From: Gemmatimonadota bacterium
GTDB lineage: Bacteria; Gemmatimonadota; Gemmatimonadetes; Palauibacterales; KS3-K002
Direction of reading: 5' to 3'
DNA: 64,000 nucleotides
Assembly: GCA_039586795.1 (NCBI GenBank)
Contig: JBDHJS010000001.1
Coordinates: 128,001 to 192,000, forward strand
The notes beneath the pieces were generated by a model. It was not told the origin of the DNA, searched no databases, and worked only from the letters and a program-made list of their open reading frames with translations. Positions 45,534-54,374 of the stretch are shown piece after piece (position 1 is the first letter of the stretch; every line of letters begins with the position of its first letter). Position numbers and translations under genes: made by a program.

Positions 45534-46382
45534 CTATCCGCCCGGATTGAGCGGATCGCCGAAGTGGCAAAGGCCACAGAACGCAGGGTTCTTGTTCTGA
45601 AGCTTCTGAGCGTCGAATCCAGGGCCGTGGGGGTTGATGCGGCGGCCGAGCTTGGCCGAATGGCACTGCAGACAATACTGCTGCGCGTGGCACGCCTGGC
45701 AGCTTTCCAGACCCTGCCTTGCCGCCTGCCCATGACCGAACTCGAAGCCTCCGTTCCTGTTGTGGTATCCAGTGTTCGTCCTCAGGTCTCTGCTCGCCCG
45801 ACCGAGCCCCGAGTGACACTCCAGACAAAAAGCCTGCGGGTTATGGCAGCTGGCGCATTCCGTTTCCTGATTGAACGCCGCTGTCGCGTGGTTCTGCATG
45901 AAGTTGAACGGGTGGTATAGATCGACGTCACGCCGCTGTGAGGCGGCCCGCGGCCGCTCCAGCGTCTCGGCGCCCAGGTGGCAAACCTGGCACTGCTGCT
46001 CGACCACGTGACACACGGCGCAGCTTCCGGTGGCCGAGGCCGCCAGTGCGCGGTGGTCATCAAGGAAGAACAGGGTGTGACTCGGCGGGGCCGGGAACGT
46101 CAGGCCCGCGACATAATCCGCTACCGCCGGATCCGAGTTCAGTGCCTGAATCTCCGGCACATCCTGAGCGTTGACATGACAGCCGCTACAATACTCACGA
46201 GCATGGCAGACCGAACACATCTGGATATTGGATTGGGCCTGTCCGCCGTGCGCCGATAAGAATTCGGCGGTCTGGTGGTTTTCCGGCTTAGGCATCTGCC
46301 CGGTCTGCGCGAGTCCGAGCTGGACCGTCGCCGCCACCAGCAGAGCCGCTAGTGTCGCAGAGAAAGTAGCACGGTGCCTCAC
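45534..46382 (-). CDS. Periplasmic 9-heme cytochrome c
   Basis: Sec signal; 9 CxxCH mostly in close pairs (CxxCH-x4/5-CxxCH) preceded by H-x6-9-H segments; overlaps the barrel stop (GTGA). Confidence 0.9.
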   Translation of the reverse strand: MRHRATFSATLAALLVAATVQLGLAQTGQMPKPENHQTAEFLSAHGGQAQSNIQMCSVCHAREYCSGCHVNAQDVPEIQALNSDPAVADYVAGLTFPAPPSHTLFFLDDHRALAASATGSCAVCHVVEQQCQVCHLGAETLERPRAASQRRDVDLYHPFNFMQNHATAAFNQETECASCHNPQAFCLECHSGLGRASRDLRTNTGYHNRNGGFEFGHGQAARQGLESCQACHAQQYCLQCHSAKLGRRINPHGPGFDAQKLQNKNPAFCGLCHFGDPLNPGG

Positions 46383-47890
46383 GGTGTCCTCCCGGGTTCA
46401 GAACCAAGGTAGTAAGAAAAGCCAACAGCGCTGCGCCACTGGCTCCAGTCCTGGATGGCCTGGTCGCCGCGATTGTCGTGATCGTAGCGGTCGACGGAGA
46501 ACCAGACCGTACCCTGCCGTGTCCGCCAGCGGAGGTCAAGACCCAAGCCCCACACTCGACCCTGGTTCAGCCGAAACTCCTCCAACTGCTGCCAGGCGCT
46601 GAATCGCCCACCCAGCGTAAGCTGGTCGTGGGGCTTCATGGCGACGCGAAGATCGCCCGAGTTGAGGGCGGCGCCGAACCCATGGTTTCGCCAGTACCCG
46701 CCGTCGAATGACCACATCTCGTTCAGAACCCAGGTCCCCCGAATCCCGAATCGATAGTCGCGGTCGGTAGTCGTGAAGAAGGCCACCTCGGCGTCCGTCT
46801 CTTCGTACTGTCTCCGCTCCAGCCAGAGCTTGAAGCTTAGATTCGGCAAAGGCCTGATCGCGGTGGACAGGTTCCAGCCGTTGTAAGCGACCGGGCTGAA
46901 GGCGTACCAGATTTCCTGGAGGCTGAAGACCGGCCGGTAACGCAGGTAGCCGCCCTCAGCGTAGAACATCGGGTTGATCTGCCACCCGGCTCTCAATCCC
47001 GCCTTGCCCCAATCGCCGTAAGCCAGATCGTAGTCGGCGTGGCCCAGCAGAGAGACCGCCGGAATAACGTACCAGCTTCCCTCGAAACCGATCCGCTCCG
47101 TGGCGATATAGTCGCTCTGGCCGGTGTACTGGCGTTGGTAGACGACCTGCAGCGACGAGCTGGTCGAGGGCCGCGCCGACGCCCTCAGCCCGATCAGCCA
47201 GCCGTTGTCACTTGGCTTCAGGTCGCCGAGCGGATCGAAAATGCTGGAGTTGATCGGCACGGGTATGCCGCGCGCCAGAGCTCGTCCGCCGTACAGCTCG
47301 ACCTGGGTCCACCACGGGTTGAAGCGGACGAGTGCCGAGCCTCCGTCATAGCCGAAGAAGCCGAGGCCATTGACGGTGTAGTCCCGGCCCAGCCGGAACC
47401 GATACTGTCTACGGTTGAGCTCCGCATAAGCGTTTAGCACGGCGACTTCCGGCTCGACTGGCCAGAAGTTCTCGTCTGCGCCGAACGCGGTCTGAAAGCG
47501 CGTGTTCGCGTAGAACCGCAGGCCCTCCACACCGAATCCGAAAACGTTGAGATCGGCGTCGAGCACTGATGGGTAAGTCTTCAGTGTCGGACCCGATCCG
47601 TAGTAGTAGCAGTACTCCGAGCCTGTGGGACACGTGACGAAGATGTTATCTGCCTTGAAGCGACCGTCGTTGGTAACTCGGACATCACTGATCGGCACGC
47701 TGTCACGCTGGAGCGACTGCCCTTCGACATACTGTACTCGTGAGGAGATGCGCATTCGCCACTGCTGCGCCTGGAGCGCCGATGCGCTCCAGAGGCACCA
47801 GGCAACGGCGACGCCGGTGAACGCGACCGCTGTTCTCGTGAACCGCAGTCGGGTCCCGGCACACCTCGATGCTTGGCCTGAGACCCTCAC
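46379..47890 (-). CDS. Predicted outer-membrane beta-barrel (porin-like) partner of the cytochromes
   Basis: Signal peptide ending ALQA; many aromatic/Gly-rich amphipathic strands, RLGR; no TM helices; ends AVGFSYY; GGAGG RBS. Confidence 0.75.
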   Translation of the reverse strand: MRVSGQASRCAGTRLRFTRTAVAFTGVAVAWCLWSASALQAQQWRMRISSRVQYVEGQSLQRDSVPISDVRVTNDGRFKADNIFVTCPTGSEYCYYYGSGPTLKTYPSVLDADLNVFGFGVEGLRFYANTRFQTAFGADENFWPVEPEVAVLNAYAELNRRQYRFRLGRDYTVNGLGFFGYDGGSALVRFNPWWTQVELYGGRALARGIPVPINSSIFDPLGDLKPSDNGWLIGLRASARPSTSSSLQVVYQRQYTGQSDYIATERIGFEGSWYVIPAVSLLGHADYDLAYGDWGKAGLRAGWQINPMFYAEGGYLRYRPVFSLQEIWYAFSPVAYNGWNLSTAIRPLPNLSFKLWLERRQYEETDAEVAFFTTTDRDYRFGIRGTWVLNEMWSFDGGYWRNHGFGAALNSGDLRVAMKPHDQLTLGGRFSAWQQLEEFRLNQGRVWGLGLDLRWRTRQGTVWFSVDRYDHDNRGDQAIQDWSQWRSAVGFSYYLGSEPGRTP

Positions 47891-47920
47891 AATGTCCTCC
47901 CGGTACCTGGTTTATCGGTT

Positions 47921-47947
47921 CCCGGTCCGCGCGGTGCGCGGACCGGG
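47921..47947. other. 3' stem-loop after cytochrome lipoprotein 2
   Basis: CCCGGTCCGCGC-GGT-GCGCGGACCGGG. Confidence 0.6.
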
Positions 47948-47966
47948 CAATTTCGTGCATCTCCTG

Positions 47967-49454
47967 CTACGGCAGACCGTACGAATCCTGAACGGCAGCG
48001 ATCGAAGCAGCGAGAATCGACTTGAGCCACTCCGGCGAGTGAACGCCGTTACCGCTGGCCTTGTGCGCTGATACGCTGACGCCGAACACGTTGAAACCAG
48101 ACCACCATAGACGATCCGACGTGAAGGCGAGCTGAGCGTTCCATAGCGCACCCTCCGCCACCGTAATCAGTTGGTCCGACGGATCCAGCTCAAGCGTGTC
48201 ACCCTGCGCTACCACCATGGGCAGCAGGCCGGCGTCGGCAACGTCCATTGTGTCATTGGCGTTCGAGTCGACCCACAACTGGTCGAGCAACGCGTTGATC
48301 TCGTCCCACGTCTCGTTGTACTTGTCGATCGGGTCTGCGTGGCAGCCCTCGCAGGCGGTCCAGTCGCGCTCATCGTCCGCACAATCGTGCTCGCCTGAGG
48401 GAATCCCGTTCTCGTCCAAGCAGGGGATCGCTTCGAACAGATGGCCCACCGATTGGAAGAGGAAGTCGCCCGCTGAGTCCGAGACCTCGAACATGTTGAC
48501 GTGACAGGTGACGCAGACTTCTGGGTTTAGCACCGGGCTGGCGTGCCAGTGGAGGCCTGGGTCTTCGAAGCCTGCCGGGATCCAGCCCACGTCCTCATTG
48601 AGCACCAGCAGCCCCTGCGCCGCGTGCGGGCCACGACGATTCGGCGGCGTGCCACGGTTCGCGTGACAGCGGACGCAGAGGTGATCCGTAGTTGAAGTCG
48701 AGATCTCGGCGCGCAAATTCGCCTCGAAGTCGGAGCCGTGCGGATCATGGCAGACCACGCAGACGATCGGCTGGAGAGCGTCCGGGATGAACTTCTCGAT
48801 GTAGTCCGACGTTTCGAGGAATTTTATCTCCAGCGACTTGCGGCCTTCGTGGCATTGGTTGCACCCGTCGCGGCCAGCTGGGTACGAGTTCAAAGTCCCG
48901 TGCCTCGACGTCCGCCACTGTTCCACGAACGGGTGGTGCGTGCCGGAGTGGCATTCACCACAGCCCGTCGTCGCCGCCGTGTCCGCCGTGATCGACGCTA
49001 GCGGCTGCGTCGTGGTCGGCGAGTTGATGTGATCCCAACCCGAGCTGTGGCAGTTCTCGCATTGGACATCTAGGTAGCGGGGATCGCCGCTTCTTGCGAC
49101 GGTTGGATCGTTGGTTGCCAGATAGCCGCTCGCTCCCGTGTCCGGGTTGCCATTCTGGTTGGTCGTGTGGCAACCCTCGCAGAACGCTTGCGCGCCGGGG
49201 TTAGCCTGTAGCGTCTCCCAGGCATGTTGGTGCCCGGTGTCAGACCACCCAGACTGGAAGGTTGCGTGACAATTGCCGCAGGTGGTGAGCTGCGCTTCGG
49301 CAACAGCGTAGCCTAAGTACAGCGACACTGTGTCGGGCGGAACCGTGCCGTCGGCAAAGGTAGACTCGTCGCTACACCCCACCGCGAAAACCCCCAGCAG
49401 GGCCAGCAACGCGACCCACCTCAGGCGCTCTCTTACTGTAGCTCTCTCACTCAC
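47967..49454 (-). CDS. 9-heme cytochrome c lipoprotein (paralog 2)
   Basis: Lipobox FAVGC; 9 CxxCH; C-terminal helical region with GALWN...GNGVHSPEW..SIL..SI. Confidence 0.9.
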   Translation of the reverse strand: MSERATVRERLRWVALLALLGVFAVGCSDESTFADGTVPPDTVSLYLGYAVAEAQLTTCGNCHATFQSGWSDTGHQHAWETLQANPGAQAFCEGCHTTNQNGNPDTGASGYLATNDPTVARSGDPRYLDVQCENCHSSGWDHINSPTTTQPLASITADTAATTGCGECHSGTHHPFVEQWRTSRHGTLNSYPAGRDGCNQCHEGRKSLEIKFLETSDYIEKFIPDALQPIVCVVCHDPHGSDFEANLRAEISTSTTDHLCVRCHANRGTPPNRRGPHAAQGLLVLNEDVGWIPAGFEDPGLHWHASPVLNPEVCVTCHVNMFEVSDSAGDFLFQSVGHLFEAIPCLDENGIPSGEHDCADDERDWTACEGCHADPIDKYNETWDEINALLDQLWVDSNANDTMDVADAGLLPMVVAQGDTLELDPSDQLITVAEGALWNAQLAFTSDRLWWSGFNVFGVSVSAHKASGNGVHSPEWLKSILAASIAAVQDSYGLP

Positions 49455-49635
49455 AATCCGCCTCCAGAAGAACGGGTGAAAGATGAATGCTGGATGTGAG
49501 ACTCGGTTTATGGCGACTGTTGTGGTCGGGTCGAAACAGCACCCGCCTGGTTACAGACAACCTTCAGGCCCTTCGTCTCGATTCAAGATATGATGGCGAA
49601 TCCCGTTCCCTCTCTTCAGCCATCAAAAGCGTGAC

Positions 49636-49670
49636 AGCCCGGTCCACACCTTCAGGGCACGGACCGGGCT
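49636..49670. other. 3' stem-loop after cytochrome lipoprotein 1
   Basis: AGCCCGGTCC...GGACCGGGCT. Confidence 0.6.
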
Positions 49671-49699
49671 ATGCACACATACTTAATCAGTCTCCCCGC

Positions 49700-51178
49700 C
49701 TACGGCGTGAAGTACCAATCGTTCACGGCATCAATCGATGCGAGCAGCAGCTCGATCAGGTAGTCCGGGTTGTGCACCCCGTTACCGCTCATCTTGTGGG
49801 ACGAGAACCGGATGCCGAACACATAGGAGTTGCCACCCCACCACAAGCGGTCGTCCGTGTAGGCGACCTGCCCATTGAACAGTGCGCCCTCCGCAACCGT
49901 CACCAAATCGTCGGACGGATCGAGTTCCACCGTGTCACCCAGCGCGACCACCATGGGCAGCAGGCCCACATCGGCCACATCCATAGTGTCGTTCGCATTA
50001 GAGTCGACCCAAAGGATGTCGAGCAGCACGTTGATCGAGTCCCACACTGCGTTGTAGTCCGCGATCACCGAGGCCTCATCCGTGTGACACGTCGTGCAGG
50101 CGGTCCAGTCACGATCCTCATCGGCGCACGGTCCCTCTGTGGGAATGCCCTGGGCATCCAAACATGGGATCGGCTCGAAAAGGTGGCCCACGTTGGTGAA
50201 GACGTGATCGCCCGCCGTGTCCGTGACCGAGAACATGTTCACGTGGCAGGTCACGCAGAGGCCCTCGTTCAGGATCCCACCGTGCGCGTGGATGCCCGGA
50301 TCCTCGAAACCAGCCGGGATCCAGCCCACGTCGTCGGCCAGCACCAGGAACCCCTGCCCTGCGTGCGTCCCGCGTGTCGACGGAGGCACCGCGTGCCGCG
50401 AATGACAACGAACGCACAGGTGGTCAAACGACGCGACGTCGATCGGAGCCCGCAGGTTCGCGGCGTAGTCTGTCCCGTGCGGGTCGTGACAGACCACGCA
50501 GAGAATCGGGTAGAGGTTGTCCGGATCGGATTTCTCGACGTAGTTGGACGTCTCGTAGAACTTGACCTCCATCGCCACCCGGCCTTCGTGGCAGGCGTTG
50601 CAGCCATCACGGCCAGCTGGGTAGGAGTTCACTTGCCCGTGCCGCGACTCCTGCCATTGCTCGACGAACGGGTGATGTGAGCCGTTGTGACACTCTCCGC
50701 AGCCCGTCGTCGCCGCCGTGTCCGCCACGATCGAGCAGAGCGGCGCGTTCGTCAGGTCCGGATCGGCAGCGTGCGTCGCGCCCCCGCCGTGGCAGCTCTC
50801 GCACTGCACGTCGTGGAACACGGAGTCCCCGCTGGCCAGATAGCCGACATCCGTCGTATCCGGGTTGCCCGCCTGGTTCACCGTGTGGCAACCCTCGCAG
50901 AACTCCTGTGCGCCGGGGTTGGCCTGCAGAGTCTCCCAGGCATGCGCATGACCCGTCGTCGCCCATCCGGACTGGTACGTCGCGTGGCACAGGCCACAGG
51001 TCGTGAACCCCTCATCCTCGACGAGGTCCGTGTAGCCCAGGTAGCCTTGCCCGCCCTGCGGCGGAACGATTCCCGGGTCCTCACAGGCCGGACAATCGTC
51101 GTCGCAAGCGACGAAGCCCAGGGCCAGGACCAGCGGCACAGCGAGCAGCCAAGTTCTCCTTGTAGCTCTCTCTCTCAC
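49700..51178 (-). CDS. 9-heme cytochrome c lipoprotein (paralog 1)
   Basis: Lipobox FVAC; 9 CxxCH; GALFN...GNGVHNPDYLIELLLASI; colinear with 47967-49454. Confidence 0.9.
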   Translation of the reverse strand: MRERATRRTWLLAVPLVLALGFVACDDDCPACEDPGIVPPQGGQGYLGYTDLVEDEGFTTCGLCHATYQSGWATTGHAHAWETLQANPGAQEFCEGCHTVNQAGNPDTTDVGYLASGDSVFHDVQCESCHGGGATHAADPDLTNAPLCSIVADTAATTGCGECHNGSHHPFVEQWQESRHGQVNSYPAGRDGCNACHEGRVAMEVKFYETSNYVEKSDPDNLYPILCVVCHDPHGTDYAANLRAPIDVASFDHLCVRCHSRHAVPPSTRGTHAGQGFLVLADDVGWIPAGFEDPGIHAHGGILNEGLCVTCHVNMFSVTDTAGDHVFTNVGHLFEPIPCLDAQGIPTEGPCADEDRDWTACTTCHTDEASVIADYNAVWDSINVLLDILWVDSNANDTMDVADVGLLPMVVALGDTVELDPSDDLVTVAEGALFNGQVAYTDDRLWWGGNSYVFGIRFSSHKMSGNGVHNPDYLIELLLASIDAVNDWYFTP

Positions 51179-51288
51179 AGTCGCCTCCAGAGAAACAAAG
51201 GTTGATACGAACTACGAAAGTAGAAAATAGAACAAATTCAGGCGCTGAATCCGCCAAACTGGAAACAAAGCATCAACCGCATATCGGA

Positions 51289-51304
51289 TGCACTAATCAG
51301 GCCG
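51289..51304 (-). promoter_or_regulatory. Candidate sigma54 promoter of the cytochrome-porin operon
   Basis: Minus strand CGGCCTGATTAGTGCA (GG-N10-GC); a GCTAAC...GTTAGC dyad lies just upstream (~51319-51347). Confidence 0.4.
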
Positions 51305-51662
51305 AAGCTGACACACGAGCTAACCTCTTCAGGAGTAATGGGTTAGCCAAGGCGTCCCTGCCGAGCAGGGGTTCGGCAAGGGGCAGAGTGTCACAAAGAG
51401 GGGCTAATCAGCGAGGAATCATTCTCAACATTGATAGTGGCGCCGCTCCATTATATGAAGACAGTGAGACATCTGGCAATAGGCTGGCGTGCTTCCCACG
51501 GCCGTCCGGGCTAGCCGCTCGTGGAGCTGGGATCCCCCCTATATGCCGGCCCCGACACAATCTTTTCACGACCCTGGCCAGCGCTGGCGCCATGCAACGG
51601 CATGGTGTAGAATAGGGACGCACATCGCAAATAAAACTCAAGTACTTAGACAGGAAGGCCCC

Positions 51663-52247
51663 ATGCGGAAACTGATTACGCTGGCGTCACTGGTAGGTAT
51701 CGCCGTGGCTGCTGGCTGCAGCGGCACGGCCACTGGCGGAGGCGCTTCGATGCCGCGCCACGTTCCACAGCCCGAAGATGCCGTCAACCCGATTATCCTG
51801 AAGTTCGAGGGCGGTTACAGCCACGTGGACGTCACCAACGTGGTGATCAGTGCGCTGACCTCCCAAGGGATCGAGCTGTTCCAGCAGCGGCCAGAGGACG
51901 GTCTGGTCGAGACGCGTTGGCTGGACACGGGAACCTGGGATCCGACGAAAGCCGCGATGAATCTGCCGGCGAACGAGCGCAGAGTGACCTTCCTGTTCCA
52001 GGCCGGTCGCGGAGTGGACCCAGAGACTCAGGAGGTCTACGGGATGGGCCTGGTAGCGCTGGCCTTTTATCAGCCCGACCCGAACCGGGCGCGCACCCAG
52101 CCGCGGACGTATCGGGAGAACGTGCCCACGTCGCACGCCGGGTATCAGCTGCTTCTACGGGTACAGTCGGTGATCAACCAGAAGCTCACCGCAGAAGGTA
52201 TCCCGTTCGAGATGATTCAGCCGAAGAGCATTGGCGGCGAGGAATAA
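51663..52247 (+). CDS. Lipoprotein of unknown function
   Basis: AGGAAGG RBS; lipobox AAGC; DGLVETRW is weakly reminiscent of BamC-type domains. Confidence 0.75.
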   Translation: MRKLITLASLVGIAVAAGCSGTATGGGASMPRHVPQPEDAVNPIILKFEGGYSHVDVTNVVISALTSQGIELFQQRPEDGLVETRWLDTGTWDPTKAAMNLPANERRVTFLFQAGRGVDPETQEVYGMGLVALAFYQPDPNRARTQPRTYRENVPTSHAGYQLLLRVQSVINQKLTAEGIPFEMIQPKSIGGEE

Positions 52248-52268
52248 GGGCACTCGAAGAGCAACAAG

Positions 52269-52317
52269 AAAAAGTGGAGAGGACGCTTGGGTTATGCGTC
52301 CTCTCCCTTTTTGTTTT
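52269..52317. terminator. Bidirectional Rho-independent terminator
   Basis: A-tract, GGAGAGGACGC-loop-GCGTCCTCTCC, then T-tract. Confidence 0.85.
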
Positions 52318-52412
52318 GCAGTCTGTTGAACACTGAATATTGTACACCCATCACGGAACGTTGAAGGGACCTTCAAACGTTGGACGGTCTCTGTCCGATG
52401 TTCAATGTTCGG

Positions 52413-53387
52413 CTAGCCGCCTCTGCCGTCCGTGCTCTGAGTGACCATGTTCTTGCCGGCGTGTTTCGAGGCGTAGAGCGCGCGGTCGGCGTTGGCCACC
52501 AGCCCATCGTAGTCCTTGCCATCCTGCGGAAAGCAGGCCACACCAAGCGAGATCGTTGCTCCAGCGCACTTCTCACAAGCCGCGACTTCGGCGCGCAACC
52601 GTTCTGCCAAAGCACCCGCCTCGTCTCGATCCGTCTCGGGTAGCATGATGACGAATTCATCTCCACCCCACCGACAGACCAGATCGCTGCCCCGCAGGTG
52701 CGTAACCAGAGTGCGGCCGATGGCCGTCAGCGTATAGTCGGCCTCCACATGGCCCAGACTGTCGTTGATGTCCTTGAAGTTGTCGACATCGACGAAGACG
52801 ACGGAGAACGGCCGCCCTGTGCGGTCGCTGCGCTTGAGCTCAGCGGCGAGCGCCTCTCTGAAGCGACGAGAGTTGCCCAGCCCGGTCAGCGGATCGGTGA
52901 TCGCCTGCTTCTCGATCTCGGTTTGGAACGCGCTGAAGTAACCGTCCGCCAGCGCGAACAGGACCCGGTCGATGCAGCGGTTCAGGCGGCTCATTAAGTC
53001 GAAGAACGGCCTGTCGCTCTCCCGAAAGCTCTCCCGAGAAGCGAGGATGAGCTGCTGACGAAGACGCATGTAGGCGTCCATAGCGGTGCTGAGCGTGCCA
53101 CCGCCCTGCACGTGCTTTTCAGCGATCCGCCGACCGATCTTCTGGTTTTCGCCTTCACCCAGGAAGCTGCGATAGGATCGGGGATTCTTTAGAACCTCCA
53201 CGATTCCGGCGACCAGGCTTTCGACTTCAGCTTCGAGGCCCTGAATGGGAGACGGCTCGCCGCGGTCCTCCGCGCGGCGCTCAAAGGCCTTAGCCCACCG
53301 TTCCGCCAGTTCCGCGGTGTCTACTTCCAGCGCGTCTGCGGCCTTGCCGAAGACAGCTTCTCGAGCACGCTGGGGAGATGGAGCCAT
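52413..53387 (-). CDS. Diguanylate cyclase with N-terminal helical (RsbRD_N/globin-like) domain
   Basis: DPLTGL, DVDNFK.IND..GH, RGSD I-site, RWGGDEF and ADRALY; GGAGAG RBS. Confidence 0.92.
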   Translation of the reverse strand: MAPSPQRAREAVFGKAADALEVDTAELAERWAKAFERRAEDRGEPSPIQGLEAEVESLVAGIVEVLKNPRSYRSFLGEGENQKIGRRIAEKHVQGGGTLSTAMDAYMRLRQQLILASRESFRESDRPFFDLMSRLNRCIDRVLFALADGYFSAFQTEIEKQAITDPLTGLGNSRRFREALAAELKRSDRTGRPFSVVFVDVDNFKDINDSLGHVEADYTLTAIGRTLVTHLRGSDLVCRWGGDEFVIMLPETDRDEAGALAERLRAEVAACEKCAGATISLGVACFPQDGKDYDGLVANADRALYASKHAGKNMVTQSTDGRGG

Positions 53388-53523
53388 TCGGCTCTCCATT
53401 CGCGATAGGTTTGCAGTTTTCTTTTGCGGCGGGCTGTTTGAACGGTTGTTCGTCAGGAAATAGAACACCTTTCCATATCGGTGGTCAAGCGCTGTGTTCT
53501 CGTCATACACACCACACAATACC

Positions 53524-54288
53524 TCACCAAAGGGCCCCGCCGATCACGCACAGGAGCGCCCCCACCTGCGTCGCGAGGAAGTTGACGGCATCGTTGTCCA
53601 GGCCCGGGAGACCAGATATGCGCTCAGCGGTCGCGGGACAGTCCGCGTGCCGCGCTACTTCCGGGGATGAGCCGCACTCAGGGCACCTGTAACCGGCCTG
53701 TGGCCCGGCGCCGAGAAGCGAATCAAAGAGCGAGCCCGCCAGACCCGATATCGCCACCACCAATGCACACCGAAGGCCCCCCTCACCAAGCAGCCAGGCC
53801 CCGGCCGCGCCCACCGCACACGCACCGACAGCCGACCCGACGGTTCCGGGTAGCGAGATGGCACCGGATGTTCCGGGTTCTTGCACCTCAAAGGTCAGAA
53901 TCGAGCGCGGCCGCGCCCCGGAGCGCACGCCGATCTCCGTGGCCCAGGTGTCCGCTGTGGCGGCGGCGAGCGCGCCGAGAAAGCCCAGCCCCGCCAGCGG
54001 GTGGAACGGGATCATGACGGCGGCGAGAGCGGCGACCGAGCCATTGGCCAGGACCTGCCGAGCGCCGCGCCGGCTGCGTTCGTTGCCACCCGATAGGGCG
54101 GAGAGAGCGCTCGAGCTCACGAAGAAGAACACGAGGATGGCGGCTGCGTTCAGCCCCCCGAACCCGAACACGGCCGCACCGACAGCGGTACCGGCGATCG
54201 TCCCACCACGGTCGAGGGCCCCTAACCGCCATGCGCCGACGGACACTATCGCTGCAGCTGCAAACGCTATGAGGGCTTGAAGCGCCAC
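53524..54288 (-). CDS. DUF92 (TMEM19-like) membrane protein
   Basis: FFFVSSS, R...QVLANG, ADTWATEIG, PGTSGAIS..G, DSLLGA and NDAVN. Confidence 0.88.
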   Translation of the reverse strand: MALQALIAFAAAAIVSVGAWRLGALDRGGTIAGTAVGAAVFGFGGLNAAAILVFFFVSSSALSALSGGNERSRRGARQVLANGSVAALAAVMIPFHPLAGLGFLGALAAATADTWATEIGVRSGARPRSILTFEVQEPGTSGAISLPGTVGSAVGACAVGAAGAWLLGEGGLRCALVVAISGLAGSLFDSLLGAGPQAGYRCPECGSSPEVARHADCPATAERISGLPGLDNDAVNFLATQVGALLCVIGGALW

Positions 54289-54374
54289 TCGTCGTCTCTT
54301 CTTCCTTCGCTACGTTGACCGCTGCCGTTTCTCGCGACCTTGCGATAGGACAAAGGGAGCTTATTCTCGGATCG

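Noticed and set aside
45347..45733. N-terminal extension of the four-domain cytochrome ORF
   Set aside because: It overlaps the upstream cytochrome gene, and an RBS plus signal-like sequence begins at 45346.
45534..47890. Canonical mtrA/mtrB assignment
   Set aside because: Nine rather than ten hemes with different spacing and a shorter barrel, so no gene symbol was given.
49487..50680. Long antisense ORFs (e.g. 49487-50680, 1065-2264, 12182-13279, 17734-18873)
   Set aside because: Shadow ORFs opposite well-supported genes, typical of GC-rich DNA, with no recognisable motifs.
47967..51178. NrfA nitrite reductase or hydroxylamine oxidoreductase
   Set aside because: No CxxCK motif; the 9-heme lipoprotein layout and porin context do not fit.
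53388..53523. c-di-GMP riboswitch upstream of the diguanylate cyclase
   Set aside because: Only a GCAAACC fragment is present; the GNRA/receptor and GACGCAAAGC elements are not.
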